Below, piece by piece: positions 49,301 through 62,010 of a DNA stretch of 64,000 nucleotides. The position numbers and the translations under genes were made by a program. Origin of the DNA: Antedon mediterranea (Eukaryota > Animalia > Echinodermata); NCBI RefSeq assembly GCF_964355755.1, contig NC_092679.1:4990201-5054200 (forward strand), given 5' to 3'. The stretch's first letter is position 1. Each line of letters begins with the position of its first letter. Under the pieces are notes generated by a model, which did not search any database, was not told the DNA's origin, and saw nothing but the letters and a program-made list of their open reading frames with translations.

Positions 49301-52300
49301 AATATAAAACATAAGTTTAGAAAATAAATAACATCCTTACCATGCCATTCCATCAAATGACTAGTTTTGACGATTGCTTTTTAAGATGATCATCTCTCAG
49401 TTCTCCCATGCTTCAACATACCTCTCGCTGTGTTTGTTTACCATTGTATACCCACTAAAAGGTCAAACTGACGGTGACCTCGTGAGCGCGAAACGTGTCT
49501 ATTGGGATGGCTTTTTCACATTCTCGAAGATATCTTCATCTTTTTGTTTTTAATTTAATTAATTTTCAGTTTATCATGGGGTGAATTAGAATTTGTTCTG
49601 TGACTGTAGATTTCTTATCATTTTAAAAATGTATACAAAATTTTTAGTTTTGTGACATGTTTTTCATGATATTTTATTTATTTACAAAACATTGTATTTA
49701 ACAATTATATTATTACATTATCATCAGGATCAGAAACCAAAACAGAAGATTACAGTGTTTGTAGGAAATATATCTGAAAAAGCTCCAGACGGAATGATTA
49801 AACAACTTTTACAGGTAAAAGATCTGAATGAAACATTTACTCTCTCTCCACACATCTTCTGAATGAAACATTTACTCTCTCTCCACACATCTTCTGAATG
49901 AAACATTTACTCTTTATATTTAAATAAATTGCCAGATAACCATAAGTGTATTTTCCGTGCTATTACTGTGTATGTTTTTGTTTAATTTTAGAAATGTGGA
50001 ATTGTTTTAAATTGGAAGCGTGTCCAAGGGGCGTCGGGAAAGTTGCAAGCCTTTGGATTCTGTGAATATGCCGACCCCGAGTCTGGATTGCGTGCCATAC
50101 GTGTACTACACGACCTCAAACTTGCCGAGAAAAACTTAGTTGTAAGGACAAAGTTTATTATTTTATTGCCAGGAACTTGTGGTTGTGCTTTTTTTAAATT
50201 CTAAAGATAAAGTTAAAAATGTATTATTAAAGAATTTTAATATATATAGTGATTGTATATTAATTATATTTCTTTACCAGGTCAAAGTTGATCCGAAAAC
50301 AAGAACTTTACTTGATGAATATTTAGCTAGCAAGAAGAAAACTGGAGACACAGAGGTATAATTTGTTAAAATATAGAACAAAATAATGCATCAATATTTT
50401 GTACAAGATTAAAATGTTCTAGGAATGTTTGTGTTTGATAATTTCTCTGCACTGAAGAATAATTTTGACATGATTCCTAACCAATTGCTCGATTCCCTAT
50501 AGGATGGTGAGACCGAAGAAGAGGAAGGTATAATAAACGAAGATGGACTAGATGAGCAAGCTAAGAAAGTAGATAAAGCAATTGAAGAACAGATCAATAT
50601 CATCCTGCAAGACCACCATCAGGCCCTAAACAGACAAGGTATGTATTTACAATAATTAATGTCTTCAAAATGTGTTTAAATCATTGGAATTTCCTGAACA
50701 TTAATAGTGTAAACAACATTTAGTGTACTGCTAAAACAATGTGTGTTGCTGAAAAATTAAGTATGTTGCTCAAACAATAAGTGCGTTGCTCAAACATTAA
50801 GTGTATTGCTCAAACATTAAGTGCATTGCTCAAACATTAAGTGAATTGCTCAAACATTAAGTGCATTTCTCAAACATTAAGTGCATTGCTCAAACATTAA
50901 GTGCATTGCTCAAACAGTAGTTTGTTGCTCAAGCATAAGTGCATTGCTCAAACATTAAGTGCATTGCTCAAACATTAGTTTGTTGCTCAAACATTAAGTG
51001 CATTGCTCAAACATTAAGTGCATTGCTCAAACATTAAGTGAATTGCTTAAACATTAAGTGCGTTGCTCAAACATTAAGTGCATTGCTCAAACAGTAGTTT
51101 GTTGCTCAAACATTAAGTGCATTGCTCAAACATTAATGTGTTGCTCAAACATTTGTATCTATTAAATGTTTAATTATTTAAAACTTAACTTTTTTTTTTT
51201 TTTTTTTTATTTCATACTCATCCAACAGCGAGTAACCCGCCAATTACAGGATGGTAACTAATTCTTATACTAATTCTAATTTTTCAGATGATAAAGATAA
51301 TGATAAAAAGAAAAAACCAAGAGAAGATCGGAGAGAAGTAAGTGAAATCAGTAATTTGTTGCTAAATTCTGTTCTTAATGTTGTGGATTAGCAGTGTTCT
51401 TTAATTCAGCAGTGGTTTGATTCAAGTCATGCGTCCAAAATGAGCTGCAAGCCTACAAACTGAAGAAAGACTGTCCTTGTCGATAATCAGAAGTTAGGTA
51501 GTAGAATCAGTTGATCTTAACAGGCATTTTTGCCTTTTTATCTCACAAAATAAAGATAATGATATCAGTGTCGTTACTTTCTTTGTAGGAAAGCGTAGAT
51601 GACATGGAGTTGGAGGAGGATAAAAAAAATCTGATCTTTCGGGAAATAGACAGATTTCGCGATACCTACAAAGTAAGTCCAACTAATACTTCTCTTCATT
51701 TTAAATATTAAAATTTTGTTTTATTCTCCCTTTAGGTGGTCGTATAAACATTCTAATTCTTTACAATATTTCCTAACCCTCCCAATGTGGGTAGCATTAC
51801 ATCATGTTCCTTTGTTTTGCAAATCTTTAAAACATCAGAAATAATAAATATGATTCCACTGCAAGCATGCTTTACAATTACCCGTAATTGTCATACTTCA
51901 AGTGTCCCCTAAAATTTTCAATGACTCTGAATTCAAGGTGAATTTGTATACTCTAATCGCCCTTAAAAAATGTCCAAATTAAACTAATTATTATGAGCCT
52001 TATTATGCCATACAACTTGCTAATTGTTAAGAAGTCATTTTATTTGAGTCCTATTTTAATTGCTCTGGTTAAGTAGCTGTGTTTTCTTTGGTGCGTTTGT
52101 GTGTGTTTGCGATGTTGTCAACTTCATTTCGAGCAAATTTTAATACGCCTTGTACTCGTGTGTATAAAATGCTAGGTGTTACAATTGCGAACACCAGAGG
52201 ACGCCATAACATCCTGTGGCTACCCATAATGCCGTTGGAAATTCATTGTAGTCCCGTCAGTCAACCATTACATATTGTGCTTTGGTAAGTTAAAAAAATT

Positions 52301-55300
52301 AAGAAATTATCCTTGAGGCAGGAATTTTAAGGTATGTGGGATTTATTAGCCATTCAATTCACCCCTCCCGCATACGCCATGGCAATTCCTAATTTTTTAT
52401 ATTTTCATTTATTTTTAAATATTTAATTCTCTTTACCTCTGCATTCCTGGCTTTTAACTTAAATAAATATGTTATGCTTCTTAATTTGGGAAGTTTAGTA
52501 TAAAATATAAGACTTAAACCCCAACAATAGTTAGTAAACATTTAGAAAATGGTGGACTTTAAATAATACAAGGTAAGATTTTTAATTATTTGTAATTAAG
52601 TATTAACAAATTCACTTCCATAGCATTCATCAAGGAATTGCAAAAGTTGCCATCAAGGAATTCATAGTGGATAGAAAGCTGAAGAAGATAAAGAATAGTT
52701 TTGCCAGATATCATAGACTTATTGTTCTTTAAGGTATTCCATTTACTTAGTAACATTATGTTAAGTATTTGTGCAAATAAAAGAACAATGAAAATAAAAG
52801 ATAAATGCATACATTATTATTTATTAACTATTAATAAAGATGATTACATTACCCCTGGTCCATTATAATTATCAGTTAATTTATACAGCTTTATTTCATT
52901 ATAAATTGTAAAAGTAAAGTAAATAATCACAAAATATCTTATAATCACAGTATTTAGTTTTAAACTCATATATGTATGAGTAAGCTTACAGTAATGCTCA
53001 ACTTAGTGATGATATAAATAGTATTACAGTATAACGATTTCAATCATAAAATAAAAATTTAATTCATTAGGTTTATTAAAAGGGTTTAGGAAATGACAAA
53101 TTTGAAGCATGTTGGTTTTATGATGCATGTTCATTCTGTTTAGTGTAGACTTTCTCAAATTATGTATTTAAAATGTTATTCATCATATATGTTTAAATCT
53201 TACATCTGTTTAGATCTTGTATGCACATTAGTAATTAGAATTACAATGTTGATGCTGTTATATTAATTATAAAATTGATTATGAATATGATAGTACCAAT
53301 GTCCAATTAAAATTTGCTGCCTTTACTCTGAACGTAGCAAATGCATATTATAAATTGTTTTTGATGTTAAATTTTATCTTTGACTAAAGTAATTCTTATT
53401 CGCAATATTATGAATAACACATTTTCTTCATAGCCTTAATGACATTTTTACTCAACAGCATAACAACAGCCCCTTTCTTTCACAGCGATTATAACATTTT
53501 CATTATTTATAAACAGTGATTATTATACTGGTTATAATTAGTAACATGCCTACGCATTATGCATGTTCTACGACAAGTATGGAACCTCTCCGTATGCGTG
53601 GACGGTCAAAGTTCAAGTGGTTGATGACAGTTCTCGATACAAGTATTGATAATAGTGTATGACAGTGTGATTGTGTTATAACATATGCTATATAGATAAT
53701 TTATTCATTAATTGTGCATATATATTATCAACAATATTTTCTAGATTGATTATGTCAATAATCATACTCAATTACCTTACATTCATTTTAAAATCAAACC
53801 CATTGGGGTGTGATCTTATAAAATGATTGAAGAGGTACAGCGGAAAAAATATTGCATCATTTATAAAATTTTGAAATATGAAATTATATAAAAATTAATT
53901 GTCAAATAATTATGTTTTTTATATTTGGCTTGCATTTCTGATCAATCTCAAGCTGATCTTAAGAATGAAAATTTAACTTTAATCAAGTTTTGTTTCAGTG
54001 AGCTATATTCTGTTTATTTATCTAAAATACAAGTCTTTCAATGTCTTTCCAATTGCAATGTACATAATGATGTACAATACCCATCCTATAAACTGTTACA
54101 AAAAATGTTTACTGTTTCAGGAAAAAATATAAATTGATAATGACTGTCTTACTAACATATTGGATATTTTTTCATCCAAATAATTTTTCAGGCTGACAGA
54201 GATAAAGAAGAAAACAAGGACAAAGAAAAAGAAAGACGAGAAAGAAAGGAGCGAGAGAAAGAAAGAGAACGGCAACGTGAAAGAGATCGAGAAAAGGACC
54301 GTGAAAGAGAACGGGAGAGGGAGAAAAAAGAAAAGGAAAGGAAGCGAGAACGAGAGAGGGAATTGGAACGTGAACGGGAAAGAGAGATGAGAGGACGCAG
54401 CAGGGATGAACGTGATGCAAGGTAAATCATCACGCTGATTAAAGTGAAGCAAACTGATAACAAAAGTACTGTTTAAAAATAATCAATTGTTATTGTGGGA
54501 ATAGAGAGATTTATTTGGTGAATTTTAATTAAGATAAATTTACTGTATATATTTTCATTATTTTTAGGAGAGACAGAGAGCGTGAGCGAGATCGGGAGAG
54601 GGAACGGGAAAAGGAGAGGGATTTTGACGAAGAAGAGGAATATGAACGAAGAAAGTTAGAGAGGAAATTACGAGAAAAGGAAGATGCTTATCAAGAGGTA
54701 AGATATTGCTTTAAATTATGACATCAATTATGACATCATCATTTATGACATCATCAATTATGACATACGGTTGTAACAATTTTGAACGAATGAATTGTCT
54801 GTCTTTTAGCGTGTAAAGGAGTGGCTATCACGAGAAAGGAAGAAAAAAAGGGAAAACGAAAAACTAAAAGAGATCCACGCTGATGAAAGGATTGAACAAG
54901 AGAAAGAAGCTAAACGACTAAAAGAGTTCCTGGAGGATTACGATGATGAAAGAGACGATCCAAAATACTACAGGTAAGTTATCAGCATTTAGAAGAGATT
55001 AGAAGAGATTAAAAGAGAAAGAAGAGCTGCAAACTTTGACTGGGAAAGACTTACTTTATCATTGGAGCTATTTATAGGTGCTAGGAGTGCCTATTGTTTA
55101 CGAAGGACTGGCATTTTGTTGGTTTCGCTTTATTGGTCTAGTTTAATGAAATGTTCTATGAACTGGCATTTTATTAATTTGCTTTGTTGTCTAGTTTAAT
55201 ACGAGTGTTATTTACCTCCGCATGTAATCGATCATGTGTGTTTGTTTGTCTGTCTTTCTGTTTGTTTGTTAGCAGGATTACTCAAAAAGTAATTACAAGA

Positions 55301-58300
55301 TCTTTACCAAAATGAATGTAGAGATAGATATGTGGTCAAGGACCATTCCATTAATTTTTGGGACCATTTCGGACCACGGTCCTAATTCTGGACCACTTTT
55401 TAGTATACTTTTCAGACCTGCTAGGTGAGCAGTCTTAAAGCTCAGGTACAGGCATGAATTTTAAATATAATATCTGATTAATTGTACATAAATCAAATAT
55501 TTGTAACAGAAATCAAGACGAAAAAACATGAATTTCCCTTAATATGATCAAACACAAAATTTGGCAACATTCTGCCATAAAAACCAGGAAGACCTTTTTT
55601 CAGTAGTTAGGTAGTTTAACCTAATGTAATAGCATGTCTGGTGACTCCCTAGAAGGTGAAAAAAGATGGTGGATATACGGTGGATAATTTTTGCTATAGC
55701 ATAAAAATAAAAATCTGAAGTTGAATAAAAATACCAGAAATGTAAAATTCAAGTTATATTACCTATATTTAGTCATCTGATAACATTTTTTACCACACTG
55801 TTTATTTTTCATAGCTTTTTAAAATGCCTCTCTATTTACAAAATTTGTGTACAAATGAATAGAGATTTTACTGTGTAATTTGAACTATCCCCCCACTGAA
55901 AAGAAAGTGCTTATTTTCAACAAGCTCATGTAACACAAATAAAATCCCCAAAATTATGAAACATAGGGGAAACTATAGATCGATAATTATTGGAATGTAT
56001 GATCAATAGAAATTTTTTGCCCGCACCTGGCCTTTAAAGTAACAAGTAAACTGAAATTGCATTTTCTCGAGAACTACTTGTCCAAAAAACTTCATTTGTA
56101 CATGAGGCAATAATTTGTGATTTGTAATTTTGAAACATAATTTGATTTAATGTGCACGATTGATTTTCGCGTTGCTGTTCTATTGTTAGTCAACCAAAGC
56201 TATTGTTAATTGAAAGGACAAACTCGCATACACATGCTTGTAGTGAAATTAGCCTAAATCACAAACAGCATTAAGACACACACACATATATATATTTTTT
56301 TACCGTACAAATCTTGTGTAGGAGAATTTTACAGTAGGCGGAGGTATGCACTCTCGGAATGGCTTTCTAGTTTGTTAATATTTTTCTTTCCACAGAGGAA
56401 GTGCTTTAGAAAGAAGGAAGAAAGAAAGAGAAAAAGAAATGGACTTGGACATAAAGGATCGCAAGCGAGAAAGAGAAGAGATTGAGGAGATAAAACGGAA
56501 ATTACTAGAAGAAGGGCGTGAAGATGTCGATGAGGAGATAGAGCGATTAGAGAAGGAACGAGATGCGCATAAAACGAAGCAGCTGCATATGGTGGTGATG
56601 TCGCCACATTCAGCAGCAGAGGACAGCAAACAGGTGCGGATGAAACCAGCATTTGCGCCAGTACAGGTAACACGTCATTGTTATACTATACAAATGATGC
56701 ACAGTCTAACGTACGTTAGTGGAGATGCAGCGACAACATTTATTTTACAATATTGTAAATACCCAAGAGTGCGCCGCATCTCCACTAACGTACGAATTTA
56801 CACTTGTGCATTATTTGTTTTATAACATGGGTCTATGAACTATTTTCACTTATTATACTATTTTGGGTCAATACAGCTAGGCCTAGCCTAGAAAGAAGCT
56901 AGGCCTAACACGGCAAGCACCACTCCTTGGTGACCAAATCACCACCTAGTCTTACGGCCAAGCCTATAGCTAACCTAAGCCTAGCAAAAGAGTCGTGTAG
57001 CATGGGAATTGACAAGAGATACAAGTGGTGTGTGTTTGTTTTTTGTTTTTTTTAATGAGCCCATGTTATAAAATATTATGACATGCCTGCTATTCACAAG
57101 GATGTAAGTGCAATCACAGGCAACATTGTTGCTTGTGTTTCAGCCATGTATTGTCCTGGCGTTGTGTCTCTAGTAGGAACCACGCTTAAGCATTTACATC
57201 TAAATAAAACATACACTACCCATGACATTTAAGGTGGCGAAATTGGTACCCCACTACTAGAAGTAAACAAATCACGGGCCTGCTAAGTACCTACTTATAA
57301 AATATAAAGGTTTTGAGAAGAAATTTCAAAATCTTTTCCTCAGTTTGTTAAAATTCATTCTTTTATTTCAGACTGAAGTCCAGGAACAGATTTTAACAAC
57401 AAGTGCAAAAGTAATGTCGCAGATTAAAATTAATTGTCCATTTGGAAATTTACTTTTGACATTGTACAATACACCCTGTTTCAAATTAATCTCTTTTTTT
57501 TTTCAATGACTGTGGTTAATTTCATTATTTTATATCACTGTAATCTTTCTTCTAATGATTGTTATACCATTTATATTTTTATCATTATTGTTGTCATCAC
57601 CAAGACATTTTAATATCATCATAATCATTTTGATAACTCTTTTAGTGATTCGATGGTCTGTCAATAACTTTTTTGAGTTCCATGTTAATATTTCCTATTC
57701 CATTACTTTTAACATTTTATAATGATAACAGTATTTAAAGAGATAAACAGTAATATATCTTTATTATTACTAGAAGTGGTTTATTTATTTTGGTACATTT
57801 TAATCTTTAACATATTTTATGAAATAAGTTTTTTAAATAATTGTTTTGTAACTGAACTAAACTTAAGCTTAAAAAAAATGTGATGTTCCCATATATGACC
57901 ATGATCATTATTGCTACCATATTTGGGTATATCACCACCATATTTGGCTTTTTTTTTTTTTTTTTTTTTTTTTTTCTAGACAGAGCTTTACATAACAAAG
58001 AACTATTTTATTTTAGAGTGCAGATAATGGGGACTCTGCAACCCCTGAAAGTGCCTCACCATTGAAGATGGAACAAGACACGGCCTCATCAGGAGCTGAA
58101 GATTCTGAACCTCTTCCGGCACAATCGCAATCTAAGATTGGATTTGGAGGTCTTAAATTGGGTAAGAATCATTTCATTTATATCACTGTTAATATGGGGC
58201 CTGTAGCCCTTCGAAAATGTTTTTTTTTATTCTGTTAGTTGGGGCTAGTAGCCCATCTAAAATTAATATTTTTAATGATGATTAGTCTAGTATTGCTGTT

Positions 58301-61194
58301 AATATGGGGCTAGTTGTAGCCCTTCTAAAATTTAATTTTTTTACTCTGTTAGTTGGGGCTAGTAGCCCATCTAAAATTAATTTTTTTTTATTCTCTTAGT
58401 AGGGGCTAGTAGTCCATCTCAGGGAAAGAAAAACAAAAAAATGTCTTTAGTTGAAGTTTTCAACCAGGATGATGAAGATGGGTCGGATTCATCCCGCAAA
58501 CGACGCAAACTCATTCCAATTGATTACACAGAAGAAGAGAAGAAAGCAGTTGAAATGACAAAGAATATGTCATCATCAGAGGATAAAAAGAAAGTGATTA
58601 AAACGATAATTGATAGAATCCCAACATCAAAAGATGAATTGTTTGGTTATAAAGTTGATTGGGCAATTGTAGATGAGGTAAGCTTTTGGGTAATAAAGCT
58701 TGGTTTCCACAAGGACGCAACGCAAGCGTGTTAACCAATGACAAGCGAAAATTCAAATAATTCATCGCCTGTGATTGGTCAAATTAACTTACGTTGCGTT
58801 ACGTCTCTTGTGGGAACCAAACATAATAATAAATTGTCAATACAGTCAACTCTCCCAATTCCCTTCGGCTTGCCTGATATATTTTTCAGGTATTTAGAGT
58901 GTATTTTGAATGGTACAAAAGGAATTTGGAACCTGTTGTATCACAAGAAAAGCTGTGAAATTTTTAGAGATATGCTGGCTTTTGAATATTGTCCAAAAGT
59001 TTAGTAACAATTTTAGCTTACACTAGCAGAAATTAATCTATTGGAAATTAAAATCTAGATATATTATCTCTCACAAATTTTTTCTCTTACAATTTAATCT
59101 ATTAGAATTTATTTTATCCAATTTTGTATTGAAATATAATTAATTTTCTTAATTTCAGTCACTGATGGAGCGAAGAATCAAACCTTGGATTAACAAAAAA
59201 ATTGTGGAATACATTGGAGAAGAGGAACCAACGTTAACAGAATTTATATGTACAAAGTTATTAGCTCACAGTCCTGCATCCAGTATACTGCAAGATATCA
59301 CAATGGTTGGTGTATTTGTTTATTGCATGTAAAATTCTATAGACTTATTATAAAGCTCTGTCTACACTATCAAACTGACAAAAAAAGTGTGATGTTCCCA
59401 TATATGATAGTGATATGAAATGTTCATGTCCATATATTGGTACATCGCATTTGTTTGTCACATAAAGTTTGATATATATACAGTACAACTTGTTCAATCA
59501 ACATTGATTGTTTTTACACAAGTTTGTGATATTACAAACTCCATAAATACGAAAAAATGAAAGAAAAATAAAATTGAAAAGAAAAATTACAGCAGAATCG
59601 CTTCCATCTGACGGGAACACTATCCAAGTTTCTTTATAGCGATTCTACTGTAGTACATACTAATTGATAGTGTAATAATAATAATAATAACAGGATTTTT
59701 ATAGCGCACATACCACTCAAGAGTGCTCAAGGCGCATTAAAAAAAATAAAAACAAATCATACAAATGCCTGACAAATAAAATGCAATTTCTTTGGAGGGT
59801 CCCCATCCGTTCTCGTTCTGTCGCGGTCCTGGACCCCTACCTAGGTGACCAAACAAAGGAGCAGGCTTAAGAAGTCGACACAATTACAGCTCGAAAACCA
59901 TTGAATTTAACTACAATCAGATACACCGATTTTAAATCATGCTATCTACGTCATTAGACATGCATCACTACCCCTGTATTGTAGCCTGTTGAGCATCACT
60001 TAGCTAAGTTTACCCTCTAGTACTTTAATAATAATATAGAAATTACCCATCTTGCCCGAAGATATTTTACCGGGTATAATATAGGTCATATGATGAATTT
60101 GAGCTTGGCAATTTGCATGTCATCAAATATAATTTAAATTTAACGATACAATAAAAAAGAATTGTATTTTTTTCAACCAACTTCACTATTCAACATGCAT
60201 ACACAGGTACATGTATATGCCAACATTTGAATAATTAAAGATATATTGTCCCATGAAACACAAAAAAAGGTCAAAATATTCTAAATTTAAATTGGCCATA
60301 TCAAAGTAATATTAAAGTTATTCACTTTAAGTCGAAAATTCAAGTTTACGTAATTAACAGGTAAATTAATTTGATTACATTTCGTCTGGAAAATCGTCAC
60401 GAGCAAAAGTAAACAAAGATTTCAAACCATGAGTATGCATTAGGCATAATGCTAATTAGGATTATTTACTACTCGTTGAGAAGGTGTTTTCAGACCGATC
60501 GCAAGGAAGTTTTATGATTATGCATACAGAGTAGCCAAATAAGCGCAGTCAAAATTATTTTTTGAACAAAAAAAACGTTTGTATTTCAGTTGAATTATTT
60601 AAATTAAATAATTTTGGTGAAAGTTAATAACTATTATGATACTTCAAAATAACCCACTTTTTTTCGAAATCTTTTTTTTTTTTTTTTTTGGGAATTAGTC
60701 AAAGGGACAATACATCTTTAATATAGTATGAGATAAGGATAATCTCAAAAATTATTTTGTTACAGTTGTTCATTTAACATTGTCAATATATTTAGCCCAC
60801 TACATATACTGTAGTCAATATTTTTGCGTTCTGGTCTTAGGTTACGAGCTTCCCTTTTAAAAGACAGACATAATTTCTCTTGTTATGAACTCAATAAGAT
60901 TATATAATCAGTGTGCAACAAGATAATGTTAATTTTAATATACAGTAATAATTAATTGTAATATATATATACAGTATTAAAAAAAAGGTTTATTGAATAA
61001 TATTCAAGTTTGCCTATTTTTTTTTTATATATTTATATTTTTTTTATTTTTGTATGTGTACACCATTTGGAAAAGAATTATCAATAAATATTATCTTATA
61101 GGTATTGGACGAAGAAGCCGAAGTGTTCGTTGTCAAGATGTGGCGTGTTTTAATCTATGAAGTAGAGGCTAAGAAGCAAGGACTCGTTAAGTAG
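46333..61194 (+). CDS. RBM25: RNA-binding protein 25 (RRM, RE/RD-rich region, PWI), about 768 aa
   Basis: Coding exons 46333-46432, 46647-46702, 47883-47954, 49728-49814, 49992-50141, 50281-50355, 50503-50638, 51288-51337, 51589-51672, 54192-54421, 54568-54697, 54810-54973, 56396-56666, 57372-57410, 58017-58161, 58400/58403-58677, 59159-59305 and 61102-61194. Motifs MSFPP, TVFVGNISEKA, WKRVQGASGKLQAFGFCEY, EFLEDYDDERDDPKYY, RIKPWINKKIVEYIGEEE and VLDEEAEVFVVKMWR. A non-coding first exon probably ends at 45709. Confidence 0.96.
46780..47330 (+). mobile_element. Degenerate LINE 3' fragment (Rex-Babar/L2-like)
   Basis: Translates to HPLNSIVSFNRSGRIRQCKVKTNRFSDSF, which resembles the HP..SGR.R..RT.R..NSF C-terminus of these ORF2 proteins. 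Frameshifts and stops occur upstream. Confidence 0.6.
47390..47735 (-). mobile_element. Degenerate RTE-like LINE 3' fragment
   Basis: Minus-strand translation HRKMLRKMINIK..IKRRRLKWYEHIIRL..RPRNNWMNQIKKDL resembles the RRLRW.GH..R...GRP...W...I..DL end of RTE ORFs. Confidence 0.65.
48722..49500. mobile_element. Non-autonomous DNA transposon of about 780 bp with AT target duplication (ISL2EU-like), inserted in a SINE
   Basis: AT|AGACACGTTTCTCGCTCGCGA ... TCGTGAGCGCGAAACGTGTCT|AT. Joining the flanks restores the SINE sequence seen at 6960-7000. Confidence 0.7.
49824..49912. repeat. 35-bp tandem repeat, about 2.5 copies
   Basis: Unit ctgaatgaaacatttactctctctccacacatctt. Confidence 0.85.
50735..51153. 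repeat. 20-bp minisatellite (tgcattgctcaaacattaag)n, about 20 units
   Basis: Head-to-tail units without unique spacers, in an RBM25 intron. Confidence 0.92.
55208..56373 (+). mobile_element. HINE/DINE-like element containing a nested TTAA-flanked DNA element
   Basis: 5' end ttatttacctccgc plus (GTTT/GTCT)n; 3' end ggcggaggtatgcactctcggaatggctttctagtt, with an inverted repeat to acctccgc and a terminal hairpin. Confidence 0.65.
55439..56033. mobile_element. Kolobok-like non-autonomous element with TTAA target duplication
   Basis: ttaa|agctcaggtacaggca ... tgcccgcacctggcct|ttaa. Confidence 0.65.
56678..56830. mobile_element. Foldback element or MITE
   Basis: cgtacgttagtggagatgc versus gcatctccactaacgtacg, plus outer imperfect inverted repeats. 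Confidence 0.6.
58186..58419 (+). repeat. Tandem duplications of the RBM25 acceptor and exon start (ttag-ttggggctagtagcccatct)
   Basis: Copies at about 58231-58260 and 58345-58380 precede the real acceptor at 58397-58402. Confidence 0.85.
58698..58820. mobile_element. MITE related to family C
   Basis: agcttggtttccacaag ... cttgtgggaaccaa. Relatives occur at about 20493-20610 and 24410-24525. Confidence 0.6.
59354..59470. mobile_element. MITE family B, partial
   Basis: agctctgtctacactatcaaac..aaaaaagtgtgatgttcccatatatg. Confidence 0.7.
60239..60717. mobile_element. Longer MITE with family A TIRs and a different interior; TTAA-flanked
   Basis: ttaa|agatatattgtccc ... gggacaatacatct|ttaa. Confidence 0.8.
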
Positions 61195-61790
61195 CAGTAT
61201 TTTATTTCTATCATGTGACCTGTGGCCTTTGGGGTGTCAAATATTTAGACAGACTTCCTTTTTTTTTATTGGTACTACATTATATGTTTTTTGTTGGTAT
61301 ACACAGATGAGCCGTATTAAAAATATAGAATCTATGTTATTTCTTATGACCATTTACACAAAACGCGGAGTGGACAGGCAGACAGCTTCTATGTGAGACA
61401 AGCTACATAGTTTTTCACTTACCATTACTGCTTGTCTGTGTAAATTGGCCTTTAGACACAACCCACCCCAACACCTCTTTCTTTTTATGGACATTGTACT
61501 CCAGTGTGTTTTGCGATGGAACATCGCCTCCGCTTCCACATTCTTCTTTTAATCAATGTTGAACTACAGCCTGTATATATTTATTGGTATGCCGAGAGAC
61601 AAACACCACCATTTTGGAAGTTACATTGACGAGGGAAAGAAATTAAATTTGTCATGTATCCAATGAAATATTTTGCCATTTATTATGTTGTCATCAAGTT
61701 GGCACTAATGCTTTATGCATGTGACATGCTTGTTTGACTTGTATATGTTAAGTATTGAGATATTCATGACAAGTTTTGATTAGACTTGTT

Positions 61791-62010
61791 AGCATACACC
61801 CTAAGGTGGCTTCTAACAATACACCCCAAGGTGGCTTCTAACAATACGGCCCAAGGTGGCTTCTAAGCGTACACCATGAGGTGGCTTCTAAGCATACACC
61901 TTGAGGTGGCTTCTAAACATACACCCTGAGGTGGCTTCTAAACGTACACCATGAGGTGGCTTCTAATCGTACACCCTGAGGTGGCTTCTCAGCATACACC
62001 CTAAGGTGGC
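61791..62010. repeat. 25-bp minisatellite (tacaccctgaggtggcttctaaaca)n, about 9 units
   Basis: Head-to-tail units downstream of the RBM25 stop codon and upstream of AATAAA at about 62097. Confidence 0.9.

Noticed and set aside
50735-51153. CRISPR-like array
   Set aside because: The units are contiguous with no unique spacers, the context is a eukaryotic intron and there are no cas genes. It is a minisatellite.
51229-51253. Extra RBM25 micro-exon
   Set aside because: It would shift the frame and leave a downstream intron of only 34 nt.
54117-54463. Minus-strand SR-rich or Phe/Leu-rich ORFs
   Set aside because: These are antisense shadows of the RE-rich RBM25 exon.
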